Assembly (NCBI GenBank): GCA_049999805.1
Contig: JBNGIO010004209.1
Coordinates: 1 to 52,913, forward strand
Length of the DNA: 52,913 nt
Direction of reading: 5' to 3'
Source of the DNA: Folioceros fuciformis
Taxonomy: Eukaryota
Both the position numbers and the translations under genes were made by a program. The notes under the pieces were generated by a model, which saw only the letters and a program-made list of their open reading frames with translations, ran no database searches and was not told the origin of the DNA. This document shows, piece after piece, positions 36,646-47,105 of this stretch. Within the stretch, counting starts at the first letter, position 1. Each line of letters begins with the position of its first letter.

Positions 36646-38202
36646 CTACGCTGTAGCCAGGAGCGAGCCATCACTAGCCAATTTGCTACTGAGGCTGTCA
36701 AATCTCTTTCGTGAATAATGTCTAGACGCCTTGCGCCAGTCTGTGCCTGTCTGCATCATTTGTGCAAAGTCCTCGAAGCTGATCTGCCCATCCTTGTCGA
36801 TGTCCACCTCCTTCAAGATGTCTTGCAACACATCCCCATCATTGGGGCCCAGCTCATCTCCCAGTGCGTGCTGAAGCTCGCCGATATCGATGAAGCCGCT
36901 TCCGTCCTTGTCGAAGTGGCAGAAGGCCTTGCGTAGATAGCCCTCAAAATTGTCCATTTGCTGTAGATGCTTAGCGGCAGCCTCCAACTTCCCGTAGTTC
37001 CCATCCACTCCCGAGGCCTCCATAGCCTGCTTCACCTCAGAGTCATGAAGGTGACCGTCGTTCTGGATGTCCTGCTTCAGGGCATCGAAGGCCGCGGCAG
37101 CTGCCCCGGATCCCTCCAACACATCCTTGAGCCCCTTGATCTCCTCTGCCGACATCTGCTCGGCCATCACCTTCAGGGCCGCCTTCTTAAACTTGTTCAG
37201 TGCAGAAAATTGTTTCAACCTTGCCCTCACCCCGCCGAGAGGGACGTTGGAAGCCTTGCTGGCCTTTTGCAGCCACACGTGGTCCAAAACCTGCTGGGCT
37301 GAGAGTCTCACTTTAGGATCCGGCTCCAGCATCTGCCGCACCAGCGACTTGGCGCTGTCGGAAACCTTAGGCCAGGGATCCCGTTTGAAGTCTATGAGCC
37401 CCCTGAGTATAGCCTGGGCAACCCCTTGCTCCGTCTCGGCCCAGAAGGGAGGCACACCGCAGAGCAGAATGTAGAGTATAACCCCGGCGCTCCACACATC
37501 CACCTCAGGGCCGTAATTCCGCTTCAAAACCTCGGGCGCCATGTAGTAAGGGCTGCCGACGATCTCCGTAAACTTCTCCCCCGGCTTGAAGAAGACAGAG
37601 AGCCCGAAGTCGATAGCCTTGAGAGGAGAACTCTCCCTCCGGTTAGCAAAGAGGAAGTTCTCCGGCTTCAGATCCCGGTGCATCACGCCGTGCTTGTGGC
37701 ACAGCTGCACTACCTCCACAATAGTCCTCGTCAGCCCGGCCGCGGCCCGCTCGCTGTAGTGGCCCCGGGCAACAATCCGGTCAAACAGCTCCCCTCCCTC
37801 GCACAGCTCCATCACCAAGTGCACGGCGTTGTCGTCCTCGTACACGGATTTGAGCGTGACGATATTTGGATGCGCCGGCAGGTGCTGCATGATAGCCACC
37901 TCCCGCCGCACATCGTCCACATCCACCGCCGACTTGAGCTTCCGCTTGGAGATGGACTTACAAGCCAGCTGCTCCTGCGACTGCTTCTCGGTGCACAGAT
38001 ACGTGATGCCGAATTCTCCCCGTCCGAGCTCCCTCCCCAGCCCGTACTTTTCATTGATGTCCTCCCCTACCGGTAGATTCTTGAGCACCTTCTCGCTCTT
38101 GGCCACCCCCTGCTGGTGCGGTACCCTGAGTCCGTCGTTTGCAAACGGATTCGGCTTCTTAGGCTTCCGGCCATCCCCTTTGGAGCGCAAACAATTCCCC
38201 AT
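36646..38202 (-). CDS. CPK: Calcium-dependent protein kinase (CPK7/8/10/13/30-like subgroup), intronless, EF-hands 1-2 degenerate
   Basis: MGNC acylation motif, [31 protein letters not shown], junction [14 protein letters not shown] loops [12 protein letters not shown] and [12 protein letters not shown], tail [13 protein letters not shown]. Confidence 0.96.
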   Translation of the reverse strand: MGNCLRSKGDGRKPKKPNPFANDGLRVPHQQGVAKSEKVLKNLPVGEDINEKYGLGRELGRGEFGITYLCTEKQSQEQLACKSISKRKLKSAVDVDDVRREVAIMQHLPAHPNIVTLKSVYEDDNAVHLVMELCEGGELFDRIVARGHYSERAAAGLTRTIVEVVQLCHKHGVMHRDLKPENFLFANRRESSPLKAIDFGLSVFFKPGEKFTEIVGSPYYMAPEVLKRNYGPEVDVWSAGVILYILLCGVPPFWAETEQGVAQAILRGLIDFKRDPWPKVSDSAKSLVRQMLEPDPKVRLSAQQVLDHVWLQKASKASNVPLGGVRARLKQFSALNKFKKAALKVMAEQMSAEEIKGLKDVLEGSGAAAAAFDALKQDIQNDGHLHDSEVKQAMEASGVDGNYGKLEAAAKHLQQMDNFEGYLRKAFCHFDKDGSGFIDIGELQHALGDELGPNDGDVLQDILKEVDIDKDGQISFEDFAQMMQTGTDWRKASRHYSRKRFDSLSSKLASDGSLLATA

Positions 38203-39820
38203 GCCTCCTCCTCCTCCCTCCCGCCTTCCTTAGCAACCACGGCCACAATCCTGACCGTCTGCCTCCCCTTAAGCCGCTGCGGCTGCTGCCTGTGGCCCTC
38301 CCGACCTCCTCTACTCATGCTGGCATTCCTCGCCTGCATCTGCCCGCCCTAGCGCCTCCCCCCTCCCAATGCCGCGGGATCCGGTCCTGCTGCATCCTCT
38401 GGATCCCTGCCCTTCCCAGGGCGCAGTCGCATCTCCTCCCCCAGCTCACACGGGCCCTTGGCACCAGGCTGCACAAATGCGTGCAGAGCTCTGTGCCCCC
38501 GGGCAATGGCGGCAGCAGCAGCGGCAAGAGCCTGCGAGGGCGGGAGGGCGTGCCGGGTCGGGCCAGACGAAGCAGCCTCTCTCACGCGCCTGCTGGACAC
38601 CGGTATGGCTAGCACACTCCGCCGCTGCGCTCGCTCGTCTATGTCTTCGAAAAATGGACGCGGGGCGTGTTCTCTCCTTCCTGCCTGCCTTGCCTTAGGT
38701 TTACGGGCGCCAGGCTTATCGCTTTAACTGCCTCACTCACTCCAGCAGTATTCACAGACCGTCCCGACCGGTCCCGTTCCGTTCCGAGGGTGGGACGTGG
38801 GCCGACGTCGTGGCGCAGGGTGGCACAAGCCCGTCTTCAAGCTGGCGCCGTCACCGCTGGTGGAACGTCATTGCGGCCATGATTGTGTGGCGTCGTGGCG
38901 GGACTGGACGGGATCTGTTCCGCCCCGTCCGTCCCGTCGGCGCATGTCACTGTTTGGATGCACTCAACGCTCACTGGTGCGAGACCACATGGCCGACTGG
39001 CCTGTTCTCTCACGGACCGACAAGTAAAACAGGGAGGAAGTAAGGGAGGAAGTAAGGGGGGAAGCCAGGAGGAAGGGAGAGAGGAAGGAAGATGGAAGGG
39101 AGAAAGGAAGCCATGGAGAGAAAAGGAGGAAAGAAGATTAAACAAGGAACTAGTCAATGACTGCCTGCCTTTAACCCGTGGGCGCCAGCAAGAAGGCAGG
39201 AAGGACCAAGACGGTGGCTGCCACACTGCCCCACTGTGGAGAGCACAGCACAGCACAGAACGGAACAGCAGTGAAAGAGAGCAGGGCGAAAACACAAACA
39301 CATAGGTGTGCCGCAAGCCGATCACACTGTTTGCGTTGGCAGTCCGCAGGGTTCGAGGACAAGCCCCACACACGTGCCCCGACCTCCACTGACAAGCCTT
39401 TCTCAATGACGGTAATGCACTGCACTGCCCTGCCCGTATGTATGTACATCTGTATGGATGGGATCGTGCCTCATCACCTGGATCTCTGCGACCCATATCG
39501 GCCCTGCCTCTGCCTGCCTCCGGCATCTAATACTCATGCAGAAACGAGGGGCGCACCTAGCTCACGCTAGTCCTGCCCGGATTACTGCATGCCAGCACAG
39601 AAAGTACTTGCACCAAATTTTGCCTGCTCCAGCTCTGCTTCACTCCCACCACGGCTGAATGGGCTGCCTTTGCTGCAACAAGCACCACGTCTCATGTCAG
39701 GCATGGATTGGATTCAGGACGGGGATACAAACATGTCCATGTACTTACACGGAAACCAAAAAGTGGCATGCCGACTGTGAGACTGCTCGTAATGCAGGAG
39801 GGCAGGCCCGTGGGCAGAGT

Positions 39821-42691
39821 CTACAGAAGCAAATCTTGGGTGGTGGGCATGACGTTCATCGTACTCCTTGCCCTTTGTCGGTGATGCTTGCTACTGCTCT
39901 GGCGGTGCTTCTGCTTTCCTGAGCTCATTTCGCTTCTTCCAAACTCGCCCCCTCCACTTCTTTCTTCGTGTTTCCTGTTTGTTCTCGGGACGGCCTCCCC
40001 AGGATCCAGGCTACTACTGTCACGGTGACTCCCATCGGAAACACCAGTGTGGCTGCTATCCTGGCCTGTCTTGCCATGGGCACGAGAAGAGCGATGGCTT
40101 CGACGACGCTGCCTGCTCGAGGAACTCGGACGTGCACTTGCTTCAGCCCCTTCTGACGTGATAGAGTGCCTGGGCTTGGACGCCGAGTCGCCTGTCAGAA
40201 CATCCCTGATGGCATTCGATAGGAATTCGTCCTTCAATATTATCGCTTTGCGCTTGGGCTGCTCGGAGCCGATGCCTTCGTCCTCCAGTTTCACTACGAC
40301 AGGGCGCACCTTGGGCTTTTTGGGCTTCGTGTTGCTGCTCGACACATCCTGAGCCGGCTTCGCTGCTGGTGTTGAGGCATCTTCCACTGCAATGGTCGGT
40401 GCCGGATAGTCCAGGTCATGGCTTGGAGTTGGATCCTTGGGAAGGTAGAAATGCTCGTTGCGTTGTCTGTGCTGGGCTAGCAAAGTAGCACCCTCGGAAG
40501 AAGCAGACACCTCCTGCTTGTGATGGGTATCGAAAATAGGACCATCCCACTCCCGGTGACGACTGGAGGCGTCATTCTCAGCATCCCTAGCACCATCATC
40601 AGGATCTTCCAGAGGTCCTATAGCATCCAAGCTGGTTGTAAGTGTGAGGCCCTCGGGGACAGTCACTCTCTCCTGAGCGTAGACAGACACAGGACCAAGA
40701 TCCTGTGCGAAAACATTGCTCAAAGCTCGCACAATATCTATAGCCTGCAAACCAGAAGCATCTTGTAGTCTGTGGTCAGGCAGCTGAGAATCCTCTTCTA
40801 AGAACCCATGCGCATTCTTCAAAGCTTGAAGGAGGCCTAACATATTGCATGCTCGCTCCTGGACTTCAACGTTCACACTGTTACCCAACGGAGTCACGTT
40901 CTCCTCCAACAACTTCACAAGGCCTGACAACGAGCCACCTAGAGATTGAAGCTTCGGAACGGGATTTGTTGACAGTTGCTCCTCAAGCTGATCATCAGAT
41001 CCACCAAGGTCGTTATCACCTTCCGCAACCTTCCCCGGACCTGTCAGCGGAGAAGGAGTCCCCCTGCGTCTGCTATCAACATCACCAGAGAGTTCAAGCT
41101 TCCGACCACCAGCCTCACTCTCCAAATATGCCAGCGAGAAATGTACCAAAGATTTCAGTGCTGCCTGCAGGTAGACAGCATGGACAGCAGGAGGTAACAA
41201 ACGTGTGCGAGGTTGTAGAAGAGACTGGATCAGCTCGTAAGGGTTGTGAGAAAATTTCACATACTCGCCTGATACCCAAGCAGCCGCTGAGAGGACATCA
41301 TGGAGTGATGAGATACCCAGAAGCGCAGGATCCAGAAGCAGGTACCTGGCCACCCGGACAAGGTCCTCCCTCACTTCAGCTACTCTCAGTCCTATATCTA
41401 TGAGCTGCCTTCCCACTTCCTCCCCATGTTGGTTATGTGGAATTCTCGCAATCTCCCCTAATACATTGACGTACCATGAGAAATCCGAAACGAGTTCATA
41501 CAGGGCTCTGCTGCACGTTGAGAGCACGCTGGAGATGAGTTCATTGCAGAAACGGGGTTCTGCAGACTGTACATACTGCAACAGAACCTGGACATTCTCC
41601 ATCAGGTTGGCCTCTGCGACCATTCCCATCACAAGCCTCAGACTACCCATTTGCACACTGATATCTGGATCCTTGAGGCACCTGACGATAACCTCCCTGT
41701 TCTCTGCCACTGCCCACGGATGGATAGGCATGATAGTTGCCAGTGTCTGAAGCCCTAAGTACTTTAGATTAGGGTCATCTTGTTCCAGCAGCTCCCTCAG
41801 TTTCTCCACGGCAAGCTTCACCGCTTCTTGATTGTCAGCCAGCCCACTCATCACTGTCCTGATGCACTCAAACAGAAGGGACTTTGCCGGGGTCTTTCGC
41901 ATATGATCACAAATAGGGTCGGCAATTTTTCGGCCCAGACGTGGCTCCAGGGGAGCCAGGACTCCGAAAATCTTCACGAGCTTGATATTCATCCAGTTGT
42001 TGTACGACCCAGCAAGAAGCCTGTTAAACAATGGAGCAAGGGGAAGATACGGCTTGGGATCCTTCAAAGCCAGTTCACATATCACACTCACTGCTGCACC
42101 CACCACCTGGGGGTCCGGGTCCTCCATCTTGTCCACCAACCTCTTGAAAGCCATCTTGATGGCATCCGGGTACTTGGAAAACACTCTCAAGAGCACCAAG
42201 GTGGCCTTTCTCCTGACATACACGCGAGGGCTAGCAAGCATAGTAAACAGCTCCGGTGTGAGGTCCCTCGCCAGGTCAGGCGTGGCAATCCTGGACAGGC
42301 AGTCCAAAGCCAGGCCTGCCTCAAACTCATTCTTGGAGCACAAATCCTTTCGTAGGAGATTGGTGATGAGCACCAGCACGTCAGTGGCCTGATAGAAAGC
42401 CTGGGACGCAGCCAGATACCCAATTTTCTTGTGAGCAAATTTCGGCATACTCATCACCTCGATCACATGGAACGCCGCCCAGCCCATATCAGCTCCTTGC
42501 AACATGTTGAGGTAGGTCAATTTCTGGAGGGCAACGACCTTGGTAGGACCATCACTGGACTTGATCTCTTTCCTTACTTCTTCCAAAACTTTGGCCAAAT
42601 AGCGTCCTTCGCCCATTATCTGCACTTGAAGCCCCTTGACCACATCATCCAGGCTTCTCTGAAACAGAGATTCCATAATACTGGCAGCCAT
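39821..42691 (-). CDS. AP3D: AP-3 complex subunit delta (adaptin), single coding exon
   Basis: MAASIMESLFQRSLDDVVKG, KKIGYLAASQAF, NNWMNIKLVKIF, DPNLKYLGL, EVQERA and LGPVSVYAQERV; Adaptin_N HEAT repeats followed by a disordered tail. Confidence 0.95.
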   Translation of the reverse strand: MAASIMESLFQRSLDDVVKGLQVQIMGEGRYLAKVLEEVRKEIKSSDGPTKVVALQKLTYLNMLQGADMGWAAFHVIEVMSMPKFAHKKIGYLAASQAFYQATDVLVLITNLLRKDLCSKNEFEAGLALDCLSRIATPDLARDLTPELFTMLASPRVYVRRKATLVLLRVFSKYPDAIKMAFKRLVDKMEDPDPQVVGAAVSVICELALKDPKPYLPLAPLFNRLLAGSYNNWMNIKLVKIFGVLAPLEPRLGRKIADPICDHMRKTPAKSLLFECIRTVMSGLADNQEAVKLAVEKLRELLEQDDPNLKYLGLQTLATIMPIHPWAVAENREVIVRCLKDPDISVQMGSLRLVMGMVAEANLMENVQVLLQYVQSAEPRFCNELISSVLSTCSRALYELVSDFSWYVNVLGEIARIPHNQHGEEVGRQLIDIGLRVAEVREDLVRVARYLLLDPALLGISSLHDVLSAAAWVSGEYVKFSHNPYELIQSLLQPRTRLLPPAVHAVYLQAALKSLVHFSLAYLESEAGGRKLELSGDVDSRRRGTPSPLTGPGKVAEGDNDLGGSDDQLEEQLSTNPVPKLQSLGGSLSGLVKLLEENVTPLGNSVNVEVQERACNMLGLLQALKNAHGFLEEDSQLPDHRLQDASGLQAIDIVRALSNVFAQDLGPVSVYAQERVTVPEGLTLTTSLDAIGPLEDPDDGARDAENDASSRHREWDGPIFDTHHKQEVSASSEGATLLAQHRQRNEHFYLPKDPTPSHDLDYPAPTIAVEDASTPAAKPAQDVSSSNTKPKKPKVRPVVVKLEDEGIGSEQPKRKAIILKDEFLSNAIRDVLTGDSASKPRHSITSEGAEASARPSSSSRQRRRSHRSSRAHGKTGQDSSHTGVSDGSHRDSSSLDPGEAVPRTNRKHEERSGGGEFGRSEMSSGKQKHRQSSSKHHRQRARSTMNVMPTTQDLLL

Positions 42692-43638
42692 GTCTGTCGG
42701 ATCACAGCCTCCACAACCGGCAAATCGCTGGTCGTCTCCGGCCAATTGCCCTCTTCATGTACCATGAATTGAACTACAGACCTGCGACCTAAGCCAAACG
42801 AGCATGATCGATTGGCACCCGCCACTATCAGATCCTCATAAAACAACCAACGCAACATGATATTTGCGAGCTCATAGTCTTAGATCTGAGCCAAACTTCC
42901 TGCTGTAAAGTGTAAACGCTAAGAGATCCTCCTCCTCCTGATACCGTGACATCCTCTGCGCAATCGCTACCCTAACAGCCTAAGCCAGCATCGCCTTGTT
43001 GCACACCCCATTTCATTGCAAGTTCCACCAGCTCCGACCTTTCGAGAGGACCATCACTTCGGGTGACTCATGTTTTCTTGTAGGTGTGTGGACGTCGAAG
43101 AGAAGGTTCAGGATGCAATGGTTTTCTCCCCTGATTTGCGCCTTGCCCCTTTACCCATATGAAGCCGAAGCCGGTGGTTTTTTTTTCCAATTTTTTAGTT
43201 TCGTTTTAGTTTCTAGATGCCCCCCCCGCCGTTTCTAGTATTGATACGTTGCAGCTATAGCCAATACATGCACTGGGCTCTAAGGACGAACTTGTCCTTG
43301 GACTTTGATACGTTGAGGACTTAGTTCTTAGCCTAAAGAATGTCACACCCCTACGCATTCGTTGCATCACGTATTACAGCCTTTTGAGATACAGTCTACC
43401 ATTCCAACTACGTCTCATGGCAATTGGCGGGGGAGAGCACATGGATGGAATTATTAAGAGATGGTCAGTAATGGATTGAGGTATCACCAAAATAAACAAC
43501 AGATCCTGATCCCGTTCTCCTCTGAGTAATGGGGTACTTTACAAGAAAGTGCGTTCTCAAACTTCCACCCGATTTGCGAAACCCAGCATGCTGATGAAAT
43601 TCCGACCCCCCAGAAACCAATGTCGGAGTCTTGCACCA

Positions 43639-44263
43639 CTAGCTACTGGTGGTAGCAGCCTCTGTGGGTCCGAACCTACCACATCAAACAAATACGTGAG
43701 GGGGACTCCCCGTATGACCCTTCTGGGAGCAATGATCATACCACCAGGGTGTGAAGATTACTCGTGTCTGGCCCATCGGGAGAACTGGTAGCCTTGGACT
43801 GTCTCATTCGCGGCATGGCAGCTCAGTAGAAGGTAATTCCGTGGTTGCACCATCCAAGCAAATCTCATAAACAGAGCAGAATACACGCACATAGCTGCCA
43901 CGGAAGAGCCATACAACCAGCTGCATGCATGAGCCCCAAAGCGAAGGATGGCCTGGCCAAAAGATATGAGCACTAGAGAGGCAGGCATATGAACACCTAC
44001 CTCCAGTCATGTTCCCTGAAATCATCTCAGGTGGCTTGCCCATGTCCGCAAATCCCTGAATTCAAGCCACCGGCATGAGACACCTCCACAAATATCCGAC
44101 AGGGACGGATGCATTCGTTGAAAGAAACTCAGCGGAATCCAGCATAAAATCAGATCCCCGTAGCACTTACGGCTGCAACAAATCCCCAATTCGCAACCGG
44201 GCCCCAGAAATGCGTGGTTCGAGGTCCGACCGGGCTGTTCCAAAGAGCTCTGAGAGCTGCCAT
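43639..44263 (-). CDS. MPC1: Mitochondrial pyruvate carrier 1, 4 coding exons
   Basis: Spliced product MAALRALWNSPVGPRTTHFWGPVANWGFVAA-GFADMGKPPEMISGNMTG-AMCVYSALFMRFAWMVQPRNYLLLSCHAANETVQGYQFSRWARHE-FGPTEAATTSS*. Confidence 0.93.
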
Positions 44264-44490
44264 TGCGAACACCTACGAGAAACCACAATTCCAAGCAACT
44301 AGTCAGATCGGGTCGCTGCACTAGGGTTATGCAATCCCGCTCGCTGGGAAGACGTACCTGGAGGACGAGAACGAGGCCGGTCCGCCCTTCGCAAGCGGAA
44401 TCGCGGATCCCTAGCTTGTGAAAAGTGAACTGACAAGTGACACGATTACGAGAGTGCGTCAGTCTAGATATATGTATCCAGCTACACAGG

Positions 44491-46078
44491 ATGACGGAAA
44501 CGAAGTGCGGGAGGCTCTTACCTGGAGGAGTGCTCTGGACAGCAGGTCTGTTGCGTGTGGTGTTGATCTGGTATGGAGAATGGCACGACGCTCATTCGGA
44601 GGTTCCCTATACGGACATCGACTACACGGTCTTCTCCGATGCAGCTGGACTCATGGCAGATGGGAAGTCCCCGTTTTTGAGAGACACGTACCGTTACTCC
44701 CCCCTGCTGGCTTTGATTCTGCTGCCCAATACGTGGTTGCATCGGTGCTGGGGCAAGGTGTTGTTCGCCTCGTGTGGTGAGTCCCTCGATCCGGAGCCCC
44801 GGGAGGGATTGTGTTTCTAATGAAGCACAGTGGTGAACGGTGCAGGCATTGTAGCAGGGTGGAGAAGCTGAAGGATAGGACCGTTGTGTGGTCATGCAGA
44901 TCTGCTGGTAGGTGTGCTGATCCGGGACTGTGTCCGGCTGCGGGGAGTCTCCAGGAAGCAGGCGGAAGCTTGTGCTGCAGCATGGCTCTTCAACCCCTTC
45001 ACCTTTGCTGTGGCCACTCGGGGGAACTGCGAGGCTCTTGTGTCTGCCGTCCTTCTCGTACTGCTCATCTGTCTTATGGAAGGTAGGATGTCCCTGGTGC
45101 CGTTGCAGGGGCCTGGTTTTGTGAGCAATCTTGTTCTGTATGTAAGGGACCGTCGTTTGCAGGTCGGGTGGTACAGGCTGCCGTGTGGTATGGCATCATT
45201 GTGCACTTCAGGATCTACCCAATTATTTATGCTCCATCCATCTTGATCCTTCTTGATGAACAATACCATGGTAAGGCGGCAAAGGGGAACCATGCTGCGG
45301 ATGATGGTGAGAGAATCTCTGGGGCATTGTCAAGGATCATGGCGCTGCTGATCACAAGGGAAAGGTTGACCTTCGGGCTTGTGTCGGGCGGAGTCTTCTT
45401 CCTTTTAACTGGTGTCTCCTATGGGCTGTATGGGCAACAGTTTTTGCACGAAGCTCTGTTATACCACTTGACACGGACGGATCCAAGACATAACTTTTCC
45501 ATCTACTTCTATCACATCTACCTTCACTATGACGTGGGCCTCAATGTTCTAGAACGGCTGCTGTCCTTCATTCCACAGATATCAGTGCAACTGGTCCTGA
45601 CTTCAACTTTTGCCAAGGATCTACCTTTCTGCATCTTTGCACAGACTGTTGCCTTCGTGGCCTTCAACAAGGTACGACGAACTGATTGTCTCTTTGACCT
45701 GTATCTGTTTTGAACCTGACCACTTCTGAGAATCACACAGTTTATATGCCCTTTGTGCAGGTCATTACTGCTCAGTACTTCATCTGGTTCTTCTGCCTTC
45801 TGCCTTTGATTTTGCCTATGACCAAGCTGAGGTTGGGGGGTGCTCTGTGTAGCGGTTTCTGGCTCTTCACACAGCTGCATTGGCTTGCGTGCGCCTATCT
45901 GTTGGAGTTCAAGGGAAGGAACGTCTTCTTCCCTCTTTGGATTGCCAGCATTTTCTTCTTTGCTTCGAACGTTACGGTGTTGGTGGCCCTCATCATCTTC
46001 CATTCTTACACTCCACTTTTTATGGAAGGGAAATTGACCAATGTTGCAAAATCCCATCACGTTCGAAAAACGTCCTGA
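44491..46078 (+). CDS. PIG-M: GPI mannosyltransferase 1 (PIG-M/PNT1), 4 exons
   Basis: [71 protein letters not shown] and [13 protein letters not shown]. Confidence 0.95.
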
Positions 46079-47105
46079 ACTGTCAGACTAAGACTTGTGT
46101 ATTCCGGGGAACTTTCAAGCAGGCTGAATGCTCTTCTAGGCGTCCGTCCTAGTCACATAGGAGACCTAAACAGTTAAGTTACGCTGTACGCGTAGTCACG
46201 CTCTGAGGTGCAGTCTTCGGCCAGCCATCTTTTGGAGCCTTTGGGTGATACAATTTTGCTCTTCACATAGAGAAATCCAGTGGACGACGTGATTGACTAC
46301 GACCTTGACAAACGCTTCAGCACTCGGGAGGGGAAGGTTGTCTTTCACCTCGTTGACTTCCACTTTTTCAGGCACTCCATAGCTGTGCTGTAAGGGGATA
46401 GCTATCTTCCCCGAGCCTACGTTGAAGAATCTTAAGAGGGGTTTGCTCTCTTTCCAAAAACACACGCAAAGGGGAACGCAAAGACTCTCATCTAGAATAA
46501 GAACTGTAAAAATCCCATGTATCCATTGTCAAGTGGGGGCAACCTTGGAGAGGGCACCAGAGGTCAAGGGGACCCAGCGCCCCAACATACATTTATGTGA
46601 TGTACTGCGTGAAAGTTTCTGAGAAACTGCTCTCCAACTACCATTTCATAACAGACTGATTAAGGACGACAATGAAATTTTCTCCTATTCGCTGGTTCCT
46701 TTTTGCGCAGAACATGGGAAGGAAAAATCCCTGTAGGTTCTGCTCACGACAGGCCGCAGTCGCGTTAGCTCCTAGCTTTGACGCTGTTGCATATTAAGGC
46801 AACAGTATGTTGGAGCTGGCCAAGTTCCTAACTTAACACACAACTCTGTGGCAAATTTTTGAAAACTGCACAAGGAATGTAGACTACAAACACGAAAAAT
46901 ATCGCAAGTCAATGTAGTGCAAGTCTGAGATCATGGGTCTGCAAGGTTATAGAAGAGACGATATGCTGCATCCAACCTTCTCAGTTTACTTCCTACTGCA
47001 CAATTTCTTGCAAACCCTTGCCGAGATGACGAGAGTCTGCGAGGGAGACAAATCCGAAGCAGCTGATGACTCCTAGAGATGTCAGTGCGTATGTTTCCAA
47101 GGCAA

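Noticed and set aside
38837..39570. ORFs across the purine-rich tract between CPK and AP3D
   Set aside because: They arise from low-complexity GA-rich sequence and give no family signal.
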